64,000 bases of DNA from an uncultured Candidatus Binatia bacterium (lineage in GTDB: Bacteria > Desulfobacterota > Binatia > Bin18). Each line of letters starts with the position of its first letter. The stretch's first letter is position 1. Position numbers and translations under genes: made by a program. Of this stretch, positions 9,763 through 19,889 are shown piece by piece. The notes below the pieces were generated by a model that saw only the letters and a program-made list of their open reading frames with translations, was not told the DNA's origin and did not search any database. The stretch lies in contig OZ243961.1 in assembly GCA_965214605.1 (NCBI GenBank), forward strand, positions 3,136,001 to 3,200,000, given 5' to 3'.

Positions 9763-11952
9763 ATGAAAGCGTTGTTCCAAGCAAAAGCTGGTGTGTTCCT
9801 GATCGTTGTCTCGGTCCTTGTGGCGTGGCCGCTCATGGCCGCTCGGCCTGCTCTGGCGCAAGCTCCTTCCTGCCCAACTAGTACCACCCTTCGTACGATT
9901 ACGTTTGATGAGGATACTGAGACCACGATAAATGAGCAGCATGACGATCTCACTGATCCGAATAATCCTGACAGCTATGATATCGGGGACGGGTTCAGCA
10001 CGACACTAAAGGGCGAGATTGAGGATACGGGTAACCCACGTACGTATGACCGTAATTACTTCAAAATCAGAGTCCCGGCCTTTGTTGTTGGGGATCTGAC
10101 CGTGGAATCTGCCACGAGTACGACGCCCGGAGCAATCCAACTCACTACTGCAGTCGCGTCTCTCTGTCGGGGAACTAGACGGATTGCAACGGACGATCCC
10201 GACCCGGATGGACATTTTATGATTTCGAAAGAGCCGGTCACACCGGGGGATTATTTTGTGGTGGTGAGAGGAAAGGGCACCGCTACAGGACAGTACGACT
10301 TGCAGGTTGGGTTCGTCGGAGCGATGCCGACCATGGGGGGGACATCAGACAGCGGCTCATTGACGAGAAATAATGAACGGGACGAATACGATATTACCAT
10401 CTCCGCAGCTGGGCTCATGACTTTAGAGACGACAGGGGGGACGGCTACGATGGGAGAATTGTTTGAGACTGGTGGGGGGGCGGAACCGCTGGCGAAGGAC
10501 GAGGATAGTGGGGGTACTGGGGACAATTTTCGTATTGTCGTGCCGCTCGACGACGCTACCGATACCTACATTCTGTATGTTCAGGGACAGAGTCCGACCG
10601 AGAGAGGGGATTACAAGGTAGTCATGGACTTCAAAGTCGCCGACAGCGATCTGTCATATCCCTCAGCCTCACTCCCTGATGGCAACCTTGAGGAGAGGGG
10701 AGACGAGGAGTACTTCTTTTTTACTGTTCCTGCCGATAGGTACGGGTTCCTGACCATAGAGACGGAAAAGCATGCGGATATAGCGTCGGGAACAAGGGAG
10801 ACGAACACGAAAGGGACGCTCTATGGGCCAAATGGCGAGATTGCGACGGACTCTAACAGTGGGGGTGGCTCCAATTTTCTGGTCACAGCGCCGGTCTCAC
10901 CGGGAGACTATGTTGTGAAGGTGGAGGGGGAGAGTTCATCTATCACAGGAAAGTATAGCTTAGAGCTGACCTCCGAAACAGCTAGCATGAGGGCCGTTCC
11001 TTCAACTACGGCCGAGCGTACAACTGATCAGTCAATTGCTGCGGCAACGGGCAGCGACCCCCTGCAAGTGGATCACTACGTGCTTGATATCCCCAAATCA
11101 GGTCGCCTGGAGATGGAGACGCAAGGGACCACAGACACGGTTGGGTATTTCTATGGGCCGGATGGCCGGCAGATTGCGACGAACGATAATGGTGGCGAGA
11201 GCAACAATTTCAGAATTATCCAGGATATCCGTGAGGCGGGACTCTATCTTGTGACGGTGGAGGGGAGGACACGACAGACGGCCGGGACCTACCGGTTGCT
11301 AGTGGACTTCGTAGAGCGTCCGGTCGACGCTCGTGAGCCTGATCCCGAGCCTGATCCCGAGCCTGATCCCGAGCCTGATCCCGAGCCTGATCCCGAGCCC
11401 CCTCCTAGTGGGGTGCCGGCGGGCTTCTTAGAGGACCCTGCTCCCAATTCAGTCAGAAACGGCATTGGGATCATCCGGGGCTGGGTGTGTCAGGCCAATC
11501 GTGTCCAGGTCCGGATTTTTGACGCCCAAGAAAATCAGGTCCGACGTTTGAACATTCCGTATGGCTCATACCGGCGAGATACGAGAGCAGCTTGTCCGGC
11601 TGACCGTACGGCCAATACCGGGTTTGGGGTGACGTTTAACTTCAACACGTTGGAGGAGGGGCGGTACACGGCCCAAGTCTTTGCGGACGGGGTCATGTTT
11701 GATGCGCACGATTTTGAGGTCGTCCGTGTTACAGATCAGGAATTTGTGCGGGGATTGAGCGGCGAATTTCAGGTCGACAATTTCCCCAACCCGGGTGATA
11801 CGGCCACGATTAAGTGGGAAGAAAGTCTCCAGAACTTTGTGGTTACAGAGGTGGAGGAGTGCCCGCACTTGAACGTTGATCCTAATGATCCAAACGTGGG
11901 ACGAGCGAGGTGCGGGGAAGATGGTCCTGAGCTGTTGCGGCCCAGATTCTAA
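9763..11952 (+). CDS. Secreted protein: signal peptide, ~4 PPC-like beta-sandwich repeats, (EPDP)n linker, conserved GWVC/LQNFV C-terminal domain
   Basis: Signal ends ...ARPALAQA. Repeats of the form T.G.L...G..IA.(D/N)..GG..NF.I.....G.Y...V.G. The C-terminal domain is shared with the pseudogene at 12824. Confidence 0.75.
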   Translation: MKALFQAKAGVFLIVVSVLVAWPLMAARPALAQAPSCPTSTTLRTITFDEDTETTINEQHDDLTDPNNPDSYDIGDGFSTTLKGEIEDTGNPRTYDRNYFKIRVPAFVVGDLTVESATSTTPGAIQLTTAVASLCRGTRRIATDDPDPDGHFMISKEPVTPGDYFVVVRGKGTATGQYDLQVGFVGAMPTMGGTSDSGSLTRNNERDEYDITISAAGLMTLETTGGTATMGELFETGGGAEPLAKDEDSGGTGDNFRIVVPLDDATDTYILYVQGQSPTERGDYKVVMDFKVADSDLSYPSASLPDGNLEERGDEEYFFFTVPADRYGFLTIETEKHADIASGTRETNTKGTLYGPNGEIATDSNSGGGSNFLVTAPVSPGDYVVKVEGESSSITGKYSLELTSETASMRAVPSTTAERTTDQSIAAATGSDPLQVDHYVLDIPKSGRLEMETQGTTDTVGYFYGPDGRQIATNDNGGESNNFRIIQDIREAGLYLVTVEGRTRQTAGTYRLLVDFVERPVDAREPDPEPDPEPDPEPDPEPDPEPPPSGVPAGFLEDPAPNSVRNGIGIIRGWVCQANRVQVRIFDAQENQVRRLNIPYGSYRRDTRAACPADRTANTGFGVTFNFNTLEEGRYTAQVFADGVMFDAHDFEVVRVTDQEFVRGLSGEFQVDNFPNPGDTATIKWEESLQNFVVTEVEECPHLNVDPNDPNVGRARCGEDGPELLRPRF
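11335..11400 (+). repeat. Tandem repeat (GAGCCTGATCCC)5.5 encoding an EPDP linker
   Basis: Five exact 12-nt units plus a partial sixth, in frame. Confidence 0.95.
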
Positions 11953-12424
11953 CACACAGTAGCAACAACTTTTCCAAAAGAGGGGGTGCAGGGAAGATGG
12001 GCAGGCCGTGCCTGTCTACTCTCACACCCTCTTGCTCACTCATGCACCTGCATGGCTTGCTTACCTGGACACGAATGAACGTAATTTGGTGACAAATAAG
12101 GCAGCATGACTCCCCGGTGCTTCTCCTGCTCAATGTAGCGATCTCGCTCACGGTAGATCACGCGGAGAAGCAAGGGTCTTGCGGTTTTGTTGGGTAGGCG
12201 CCGACGCAGCCCTGTTTGAGATTGACCACAAGTTCTCAGTCCCCCTCGTATAGCCATGGTGCTCCTTGGCGCTGTGGGCGGACCACCTCACGGTTATCGA
12301 CCCAGTCATAGCCGTTGTGTTCGCCCCAGGGCCCGTATTCAATAGGAGTACGATACTAAGAAGAGGAAGAAGTGTGTTCGTCCCTGGAGAGACCTTCGTC
12401 CCAGGGCCGGCCACAAACCCGTTC

Positions 12425-12540
12425 AGTGCCTAGGCGACTTCCTCTGGTGTGGCGTCAACGCCCATATCCGCTTTAAGCTCTACTGGTAGGCGTGGCGCGT
12501 GACAGTGACGACTGGACGGTCTGTTGTCTCCCTACGCGCA
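12425..12540 (-). pseudogene. Degenerate small ORF (RPVVTVTRHAYQ..ELKADMGVDATPEEVA*AL), possible mobile-element passenger remnant
   Basis: Manual translation shows a frameshift and a stop. It resembles small YQPSKAELEED..IDATPEE proteins that I recall next to IS1595 transposases (recall, unverified). Confidence 0.35.
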
Positions 12541-12823
12541 ATCCTTACAGCCGTCCGGCATTTGCTGCACCGTTACGGTACACTTTCTCTCCGACTGCAA
12601 TTGATTTTCGTCTTACACTCGAGCACGATAACGTGCGTTTGCATCCGTGGCATGGCCGCTCGCCCGCTCTGGGTCGGGCTGTGTGTCGAACAGCCTCTCT
12701 CGGGCGTGGGGTCGCTTCCCATACCTGACACATAGGCAGGGTTTCCCTCCAACCATGCTTGTGTGATGCGAACACGGCCCGGTACTCCCACCCGTCGGGA
12801 TCCGCGTTCACAGGAGTAGTATT

Positions 12824-13886
12824 ATGAGCGTTTGGCGTGGTCTTGTTATGCTGTTGTTGTGTTATCCGGTCTGCCTGTCACTGATGAGTGGCCGGGCAGA
12901 TGCCTAGACGCTCTATTACCAACCCTTCCCGGACGGCCACGCCACGGTGTTGTTGCACCGCTTTTGTCTTCTCTCTCCCTGTGCCTATGATCGCACCTTT
13001 TCCAATGACGGCCCTAGTAGAGCAGAGTGGAGCAGGGCCATACAAAACTCCGCGCGGGCATGGGATACGGCGGGATCAACCTTCAGATTCACTACCGCAG
13101 CGGCATACACGAATGCCGGTCCTGGCGTCCCCGGACGGGGAACGTTTACGTGATTCTGGCCTCCCCAGACCGGCTGTGTGCAGGAGACGGCCCTCTCAGA
13201 GCCGACGCCCGCACGGAATTTGGGCTGGGCTGGGCTGGGCGCGGGTCTACATCAATACCAACAGTGCTGTGTCCAGAGACAGCATCCGTATCCAGCGGAT
13301 GCTGTCGCACGAATTTGGGCATGTGGTCGGGCTCGGCCACCCGGACGAAGCCGGGCAAAATGTGGAAGCCGTGATGAACAGCCGGGTCCTCTATAATACC
13401 TTGCAGCCTGACGATATCGCCGGCCTGCACGCACTGTACCCCCCGCCCACGCGCCTGGGCATGCTGGAGAACCCGGGTCCCGGTTCATTCTAGAGCGGGC
13501 TCGGCCTGATCTCCGGCTGGGTCTGTGAGGCACAGCAGGTGATGATCGAAATCAATGGCACGGAACAGGAAGCTGCCTACGGCACGGAGCGTGGGGATAC
13601 TGCTCAGCAGTGTGGGGATACGGACAACGGCTTCGGGCTGCTGTTCAACTGGAACCTGCTAGGTGACGGGCAGCATACGGTGACGGCGTTTGCTGATGGA
13701 ATCAGATTGGGACAGGCAACGGTGACGGTGACGACGCTCGGTGAGGAATTTCTGAGAGGAGCCTTCGGGACGTGGACCATAGACAACTTCCCAGACTCTG
13801 GTCAATCGGTGACGATTGAGTGGTCAGAGGAACTTCAGAACTTTGTCATCACGCACAGCACTACGCCGCCGTACAGATCCCCCTAA
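12824..13886 (+). pseudogene. Matrixin/M10-like zinc metalloprotease with shared C-terminal domain, disrupted
   Basis: RBS AGGAG and a signal peptide. TAG at 12905 and 13491 plus two frameshifts, one explained by an extra unit in (TGGGC)4 at 13221-13240. Zinc motif HEFGHVVGLGH, Met-turn AVMN, and DDIAGLHALY. Confidence 0.85.
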
Positions 13887-13922
13887 CGGTTGCAACGCTC
13901 ACTGTTGCTTCCCTTCCAACTG

Positions 13923-13953
13923 CAGGGCCCTCTCCCTTTGGAAGAGGGCCCTG
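13923..13953. terminator. Hairpin between convergent genes
   Basis: CAGGGCCCTCT-N9-AGAGGGCCCTG. Confidence 0.55.
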
Positions 13954-13958
13954 GCCGT

Positions 13959-15371
13959 TTAGTGGTGTACCGGGCACTGTCCCGCGGCCGCGCCGTGAGG
14001 CACTGCTGCCTCACGGGGAGTCTTCTCTCCCTTTGGCACTCCGTAGCGCCGCTGATAGCTCACCCGGCACGGGCTGGCCGGCCACTTGGTGGCCGCGCCG
14101 GCTACGGGCTGGGGATCAGGATTAAGCAGGCTGAACTCATAGTGCTGGAACAAGAGAGAGAGCGCCACTTTCATCTCTAGATAGGCAAAGTTGACGCCGG
14201 CGCAGCGATGAACCCCACCGCCGAATCCGATCAGACTGTGCGGGGTGCGGGACTCGTCCCGGTCTGGAGAGAACCGCTCCGGGACATAGCGATCAGGCTC
14301 AGGAAAGACATGGGGCATGCGGTGAGAAATTGACGGGGCGGCAAACACCCGGCTGCCCTGTGGCACCCGAAATCCCTCAATCTCCAGATCCTCGGCTGCG
14401 GTGCGCATCAGAATATAGGCGACCGGGTGGAGCCGTTCGGTCTCCTTGACAGCCCAGTCGATGCGCGACAGCTGGCGCACATCGGCCATCGTCAGATCCT
14501 GGCGGTCGCCGATCAGTTCGTCCTGTTCATCAATCACAGTGTGCAGATAATCCGGATGCTGCAACAGGTCGATCAGCGCCCAGCTGATATGACCGGCAGT
14601 CGTTTCGTGACCGGCCCACACCAGGAGCAGAATCAGATTGATAACCATTTCATCATCAATCGGCCGGCCGTCAGAGAATCGGGCCTCGACCAGAGTCTGA
14701 AGAAAATCAGCCTCCGCCGGTGGCTGCCGGCGACGCCTCTGGATCAGCTCGCCCAGCACCCGGTGCAGCTTTTTCTTCGCCTTCTGGCTGCGGATCAGCT
14801 TGGGTAGGGGCAGCCACAGCGGCAGAACCGGCTCCATACCGCCCGAGAAATGTCGGAAGTCGGTGAAGAACTCGCCGCCTAGTCGACCCCGGAACTCTGG
14901 GCCTAAGAACGCATGGGCGGCGATATTCATCACGAGCGGGCCGAGGGTTGGAATCAGATCAAACGAGCCGCTCTCACCGAGCTGCTCAATGAGGTCACAC
15001 GTCTCCTGGGCCATCGTTGACACATATTGGTTCATCTGCCGGCCCTGGAAGCGGGGCAGGACAATGGCCCGCTGCTCCAGATATTCTTCAAACTCGGCAA
15101 AAAAGTAGAACCGTTCGTGGAACATCTTGATGAAGAACGGATAGCCCTCCCGGATGGACAGCAGCTTGTCGGTCTCGGTAAAAAAGAAGCGGTTGTTCTC
15201 GGGGCCGAGGAGAACGACCGCGGGCTTGGGGCCGAGCCGGAGAGAGAACACCGAGCCGTGCTCCTGATAGCCGCGTTCGAGGAGTGGAATCGGATCTCTG
15301 AGAAATTGGAACGCGTGTCCAATAACCGGGGTCGAACCGCTGACTGTTGGGGGTAACGAAGGTGTCGCCAT
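13959..15371 (-). CDS. Cytochrome P450, CYP51-like
   Basis: AGHETT I-helix, ETER (ExxR), PERF, heme motif FGGGVHRCAG. The N-terminal RFFF....LSIREGYPFF resembles the bacterial CYP51 B'-helix region. Confidence 0.9.
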   Translation of the reverse strand: MATPSLPPTVSGSTPVIGHAFQFLRDPIPLLERGYQEHGSVFSLRLGPKPAVVLLGPENNRFFFTETDKLLSIREGYPFFIKMFHERFYFFAEFEEYLEQRAIVLPRFQGRQMNQYVSTMAQETCDLIEQLGESGSFDLIPTLGPLVMNIAAHAFLGPEFRGRLGGEFFTDFRHFSGGMEPVLPLWLPLPKLIRSQKAKKKLHRVLGELIQRRRRQPPAEADFLQTLVEARFSDGRPIDDEMVINLILLLVWAGHETTAGHISWALIDLLQHPDYLHTVIDEQDELIGDRQDLTMADVRQLSRIDWAVKETERLHPVAYILMRTAAEDLEIEGFRVPQGSRVFAAPSISHRMPHVFPEPDRYVPERFSPDRDESRTPHSLIGFGGGVHRCAGVNFAYLEMKVALSLLFQHYEFSLLNPDPQPVAGAATKWPASPCRVSYQRRYGVPKGEKTPREAAVPHGAAAGQCPVHH

Positions 15372-15374
15372 AGT

Positions 15375-16523
15375 CTACTCCTTTCCCCGTGATGACGCCC
15401 GTGACGGGAGCCGAATGGTGGCCGTAGCACCCACAGACAGTTCGTCATTTTGATTCTTCGCTGTCTGGGTGATTTCAACGTAGTGGGCTTGGTCTTGCTC
15501 AAAAATTCGCCTGACCTCACCGCTGATATACAGGGTGTCTCCGACCGGATTATGGCGCCGAATTTCGACATGAATATGGTGCAGGAAGCCGTTATCGCCC
15601 ATCCAGTCGGTCAGGTGGTGGGTCATCCACGAGGTGCGTTCCGGTCCGTAGTCATACGCGTCGGGCGTGCCGACCAGGGTGGCGAGGTCGCCGTCCCAGT
15701 GTACCCGCTCTGGCACATCGGGGATGCCGAAGCGGTCCGGGATCCCTAAGCCGGGATGTTTCTTGAGCTGCTTCCAGGCCAGACGGTTGGCCCGAATATA
15801 CAGACCGCCCCAGCCCTGGGCGTAACAGATAAAGCCCGTCACTGTCATGGGACCTTTGACCATGGTGGGCAGTGTGTCGCCGACCTGAACATCTTCAATA
15901 TAGCGTGGGGTCGCCCCCCGAATTTTTTCCTCGGCGTACTGGGCAAAGATCTGAGCAATATCGTCGCGTGAGTAGTGGACGGGTTGGCGGTGTTTGACCT
16001 CGGTGTATTTGGTGCCCTGCTCGCGGGCGGTGTCGCGCTCGGTCCGAAAGCACCAGCTGTCGCCGCTGGCGACCAACGCGTTGTGCTGATTGTAGTAGTC
16101 GACGTGGTAGACCTGCTGAATTGCCCGACCGGCAAAGCGGGTTTCGTGCTCGATGAGGTCTTTAAGCCAGGCTGTGGTGGTGAACACGTCGCCGCGTAGC
16201 ATGGGGGTACGCCAGCTGATATCGGCCCCGGCCCACATGGCGTGTACGCCGGGCAGCCCGCCGACATAGCCGCTCAGAATACGGTTCAGAGGAAAAACAA
16301 ACGAGGGCGGAGCGACCAGTGTTCCGTACGCTGTTGTGGCGGCATAGTCGGGGTCACACCACAGCGGGTTATCGTCACCGATACCGTGGGCGTAGTGGCG
16401 AATGTTGTCTCGGGTGGCCTCATGGCACCACGGTTCCAGCGAGTCCTCAATCGGCACGTCAATCAGGCGCCGGAGGGCGGCTAGGGATTCATCGGTAATC
16501 AGGGAAAAACGTTGCTCTGCCAT
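15375..16523 (-). CDS. Double hot-dog MaoC/FAS1-like acyl-CoA dehydratase
   Basis: IRHYAHGIGDDNPLW, APPSF, EDVQVGDTLP, RVHWD, TDWMGD. Confidence 0.85.
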   Translation of the reverse strand: MAEQRFSLITDESLAALRRLIDVPIEDSLEPWCHEATRDNIRHYAHGIGDDNPLWCDPDYAATTAYGTLVAPPSFVFPLNRILSGYVGGLPGVHAMWAGADISWRTPMLRGDVFTTTAWLKDLIEHETRFAGRAIQQVYHVDYYNQHNALVASGDSWCFRTERDTAREQGTKYTEVKHRQPVHYSRDDIAQIFAQYAEEKIRGATPRYIEDVQVGDTLPTMVKGPMTVTGFICYAQGWGGLYIRANRLAWKQLKKHPGLGIPDRFGIPDVPERVHWDGDLATLVGTPDAYDYGPERTSWMTHHLTDWMGDNGFLHHIHVEIRRHNPVGDTLYISGEVRRIFEQDQAHYVEITQTAKNQNDELSVGATATIRLPSRASSRGKE

Positions 16524-16674
16524 GTTGGGTTCTTTTTCCTTCCGTATAGTTTCTGCATAGCAGCTTGGTCAGAGCATTCAAGACCAAGCCGGACGGTGAG
16601 TGTTGAAAAGTCAGAGGAGGACAGTCTATCATAACCAGTGCCATCTCTGGAGATAAGAAAGAGGGGGATACAGC

Positions 16675-19074
16675 ATGCAGGGACTTGAAGGTGTCAAGGT
16701 TGTAGAATTGGGAGAGCTGGTCTCGGCCTCATACGCTGGCAAAATCATGGCTGACCTCGGGGCCGACGTGATCAAGGTCGAAGAACCGGGTGGAGACTTG
16801 GCCCGGCAGCGCGGACCGTTCCCCGGCGGTGTGGCCGACCCGGAAAAGAGCGGCCTGTTTCTGGCCCTGAATACCAATAAGCGTGGAATCACGCTCGATT
16901 TGGCCCGGCACCAGGACGGGCTTGCCCAGCTCGTCGCCTGGGCCGATATTGTGGTCCACAATTATCCGGCCGCCGAGATGGCGGAGCGGGGCATCAGCTA
17001 TGAAGCCTTTCGACAGCTCAACCCCCGGTTAGTCATGTGTTCGATCACGCCTTTTGGCCTCACCGGGCCGTACAAAGAGCATAAGGCCTATGAGTTGAAC
17101 GTTTCCCACGGCGGCGGCTGGGGCTGGCTGAGTCCCGGCGCGTCGGACTTTCCAGACCTCCCGCCGTTGAAAGTCGCCGGCCATCAGTGCGATTTCCAGG
17201 GCGGCGTGTCCGGCGCTATGGTGGCCCTGGCCGCCTATCATCGGGCTTTGGAAACCGGCTATGGGGAGCATATCGACCTGTCTACCCAGGCGTTCATCGC
17301 CGCTTTTTTAGAGCAGAATTTTGTCTACTACTCGTACAGCGAGCGGATTGCGTCGCGTTTGGGAAAACGCTTACTGTATCCGTGGGGCATCTTTGAGTGC
17401 CAAGACGGGCTGATCTTCATTGTGGCGGTGGAAGAAGACCAGTGGGAGCGGATTGTCGAACTGATGGGCAATCCTGAGTGGGCCAGCTGGGAGATCTTTG
17501 AGAACGTGACCGAGCGTTCCAAAAATCAGGACGTGATGAAGATGTATCTGGACGAGTGGATCAAGGACCGGAAGGTCGAAGCCCTGTGGCACGAGGCTCA
17601 GTCGCGACGGATCTGTTTTGCCCCGGTCTTCGGCATGGAACAAATGAGCAAGCAGGAACAGCTGCGGTCCAGAAATTTCTTTGTTGATGTGAGCCACCCA
17701 AAAGCCGGGACCGTCACCCAACTTGGGGCCCCCTATCAACTGCGTGAACCGTGGTGGCAGATCCGCCGTCCAGCCCCGCTCCTAGGCGAGCATACCGACG
17801 AGGTCTTTCACGCGCTGCCCCCGGCCCCCACTCCCCACCCCCCGGTTGCCGTTCCCAGAACGCGCCGTCCCCTTGAGGGCGTGCGCGTTGCCGACTTCAC
17901 CTGGGTATGGGCCGGACCGTACGGCACGATGTATCTCAGTCACCTGGGTGCCGAGGTCATCAAAATCGAGTCCAACACCCGCATTGATGTCACCCGCCGC
18001 TTACCGCTGTATCCCAAGGGTATGAAGGCAGGAGTGAACCGTTCGGGGCTGTTCAATCAGTGGAGCCTGGGAAAAAAGAGTGTGCTGATCAATTTCTCCA
18101 AGCCCGAGGGTCTCGCCGTGGTCAAGGAGTTGATTCAAAACAGTGATGTGGTGGTTGATAATTTTGCGACCGGGGTGATGGAGCGTCTGGGGCTGGGTTA
18201 TGACGACCTAGTCAAGATCAAGCCGGACATCATTATGGCCTCAATCTCCGGCTATGGCCATAGCGGCCCGCTGAAGAACTATATGGGCTATGGTCCAGCC
18301 ATTGCGCCGCTGACCGGGCTGTCAACCATGACCGGCTATGCGGGCGGCTCGCCCCAGGAGGTCGGTATTTCGTACGGTGACCCCAACAGCGGTATCCATG
18401 CTGCGGTGGCCATTACCGCCGCGCTGGCCGCCCGCAAGCGGACCGGCAGAGGTCAGTATATTGACGTCTCGCTGTGGGAGTCGGTGGCCGCGCTGGTGCC
18501 CGAGGGCTGGATGGACTACGCCATGAACGCCAACGAACCCACCCGGCGTGGCAACCGCGACCCGCTCATGGCCCCCCATAACTGTTTTCGATGTGCGGGC
18601 ACCGATGAATGGGTGTCGATTGCCTGTGGGAGCGACGCGGAGTGGCAGGCGCTGTGCCGAGCCACGGAGCAGGCCGGGCTGGGTACAGATGCTCGTTTCC
18701 GAACCGTTCAAGACCGCAAGGCCAACGAGGACGAGCTGGAGAAAATCGTGACCGCCTGGACCGAAAAACGCGACAAGTGGCAGGTGACAAAGATCTTACA
18801 GGCCGTCGGCGTTGCCGCCTTTCCGTCAATGAACAGCAAAGACCTGGCCGACGACCCGCATCTCAAGCAACGTGGTTTCTTTGCCGAGCTGCCGCACGAC
18901 GAGGTCGGCGTCCGCAAACATACAGGCATTCCCTGGCTGCTGACCGAATCGCCAAACGGGGTGCAGGCCCAGGCCCCGCTGCTAGGGCAGCATACCGATC
19001 AGGTCATGCGGGATGTCTTGGGCTACTCTGATGAACACATCGCTCAGCTCAAGGAGGGGAAGGTGTTGTACTAG
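16675..19074 (+). CDS. Fused double-domain class III CoA-transferase (CaiB/BaiF; BbsEF-like)
   Basis: Two tandem CaiB domains, LEGVKVVEL..LGADVIKVE and LEGVRVADF..LGAEVIKIE, each ending in an APLLG(E/Q)HT motif. Confidence 0.92.
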   Translation: MQGLEGVKVVELGELVSASYAGKIMADLGADVIKVEEPGGDLARQRGPFPGGVADPEKSGLFLALNTNKRGITLDLARHQDGLAQLVAWADIVVHNYPAAEMAERGISYEAFRQLNPRLVMCSITPFGLTGPYKEHKAYELNVSHGGGWGWLSPGASDFPDLPPLKVAGHQCDFQGGVSGAMVALAAYHRALETGYGEHIDLSTQAFIAAFLEQNFVYYSYSERIASRLGKRLLYPWGIFECQDGLIFIVAVEEDQWERIVELMGNPEWASWEIFENVTERSKNQDVMKMYLDEWIKDRKVEALWHEAQSRRICFAPVFGMEQMSKQEQLRSRNFFVDVSHPKAGTVTQLGAPYQLREPWWQIRRPAPLLGEHTDEVFHALPPAPTPHPPVAVPRTRRPLEGVRVADFTWVWAGPYGTMYLSHLGAEVIKIESNTRIDVTRRLPLYPKGMKAGVNRSGLFNQWSLGKKSVLINFSKPEGLAVVKELIQNSDVVVDNFATGVMERLGLGYDDLVKIKPDIIMASISGYGHSGPLKNYMGYGPAIAPLTGLSTMTGYAGGSPQEVGISYGDPNSGIHAAVAITAALAARKRTGRGQYIDVSLWESVAALVPEGWMDYAMNANEPTRRGNRDPLMAPHNCFRCAGTDEWVSIACGSDAEWQALCRATEQAGLGTDARFRTVQDRKANEDELEKIVTAWTEKRDKWQVTKILQAVGVAAFPSMNSKDLADDPHLKQRGFFAELPHDEVGVRKHTGIPWLLTESPNGVQAQAPLLGQHTDQVMRDVLGYSDEHIAQLKEGKVLY

Positions 19075-19097
19075 TCTCCTCTTGAGGGATGGGCTCT

Positions 19098-19859
19098 TTA
19101 CTGGGCCACAAACCCGCCATCGACCGGCATCTGAGTGCCGGTTACAAACGACGCCGCGGCGGAACACAGCCAGACCACGGCCCGGGCAATTTCCTCCGGC
19201 TGACCAATCCGTCCGATTGGGTGGGAGGCGGCAAAGCGCTCTTCAAGGCGTGGGTTCTTGTGCAGCCCACGCTCAAACATCGGCGTCCTGATGACCCCGG
19301 GACACACGGCGTTGACCCGAATGCCGGCTTTGGCGTATTCGAGTGCCGCAGTCTTGGTGAGGCCGTTTACCCCGTGCTTGCTGGCCACATAGGCCGGGCC
19401 GTAGCGAAAGCCAACGAGACCGGCGACCGAAGCGGTGTTGACAATCGCCCCGCCGCCGTGGCTGAGCATGTGCTGGATTTCATACTTCATGCACAGCCAA
19501 ACGCCTTTGAGATTGATGGAGATGACCTGAGCCCAGCGATCTGCATCATACTCGCCGGTCTTGGCCATGCCGCCTTCGATGCCCGCGTTATTAAACGCGC
19601 AATCGAGGCGGCCATAGTTCTCAAGCGTTTGCCCTACCAGGGCTCGGACCTCGGGCGCCTGAGTCACATCGGTTTTGACAAATGTGGCTTCGCCTCCGGC
19701 AGCTCTGATGAGCTGAACCGTCTCGTGTCCCGCCTCAACGAGTAGATCCGACACCACGACCTTGGCTCCCTGGCGGGCGAACTCCAGCGAGGTCGCTCGG
19801 CCAATGCCGCCGCTGGCGCCCGTCACTAGCGCAACTTTGCCCTCAACAGCTCCTGCCAT
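19098..19859 (-). CDS. SDR family oxidoreductase, close paralogue of 4404..5165
   Basis: TGASGGIG, NNAG, YVASK. Same length (253 aa) and long identical stretches. Confidence 0.92.
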   Translation of the reverse strand: MAGAVEGKVALVTGASGGIGRATSLEFARQGAKVVVSDLLVEAGHETVQLIRAAGGEATFVKTDVTQAPEVRALVGQTLENYGRLDCAFNNAGIEGGMAKTGEYDADRWAQVISINLKGVWLCMKYEIQHMLSHGGGAIVNTASVAGLVGFRYGPAYVASKHGVNGLTKTAALEYAKAGIRVNAVCPGVIRTPMFERGLHKNPRLEERFAASHPIGRIGQPEEIARAVVWLCSAAASFVTGTQMPVDGGFVAQ

Positions 19860-19889
19860 ATGACGTTGCTCCTTTCTCTTGCCTGTGCC

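Noticed and set aside
11335-11400. CRISPR array
   Set aside because: Spacerless 12-nt tandem repeat in frame within a CDS, with no cas genes.
12905-13493. Amber (TAG) read-through, pyrrolysine or an alternative genetic code in the metalloprotease
   Set aside because: The gene also has two frameshifts. The TAGs are one base from the expected Tyr/Gln codons, and many intact genes here end in TAG.
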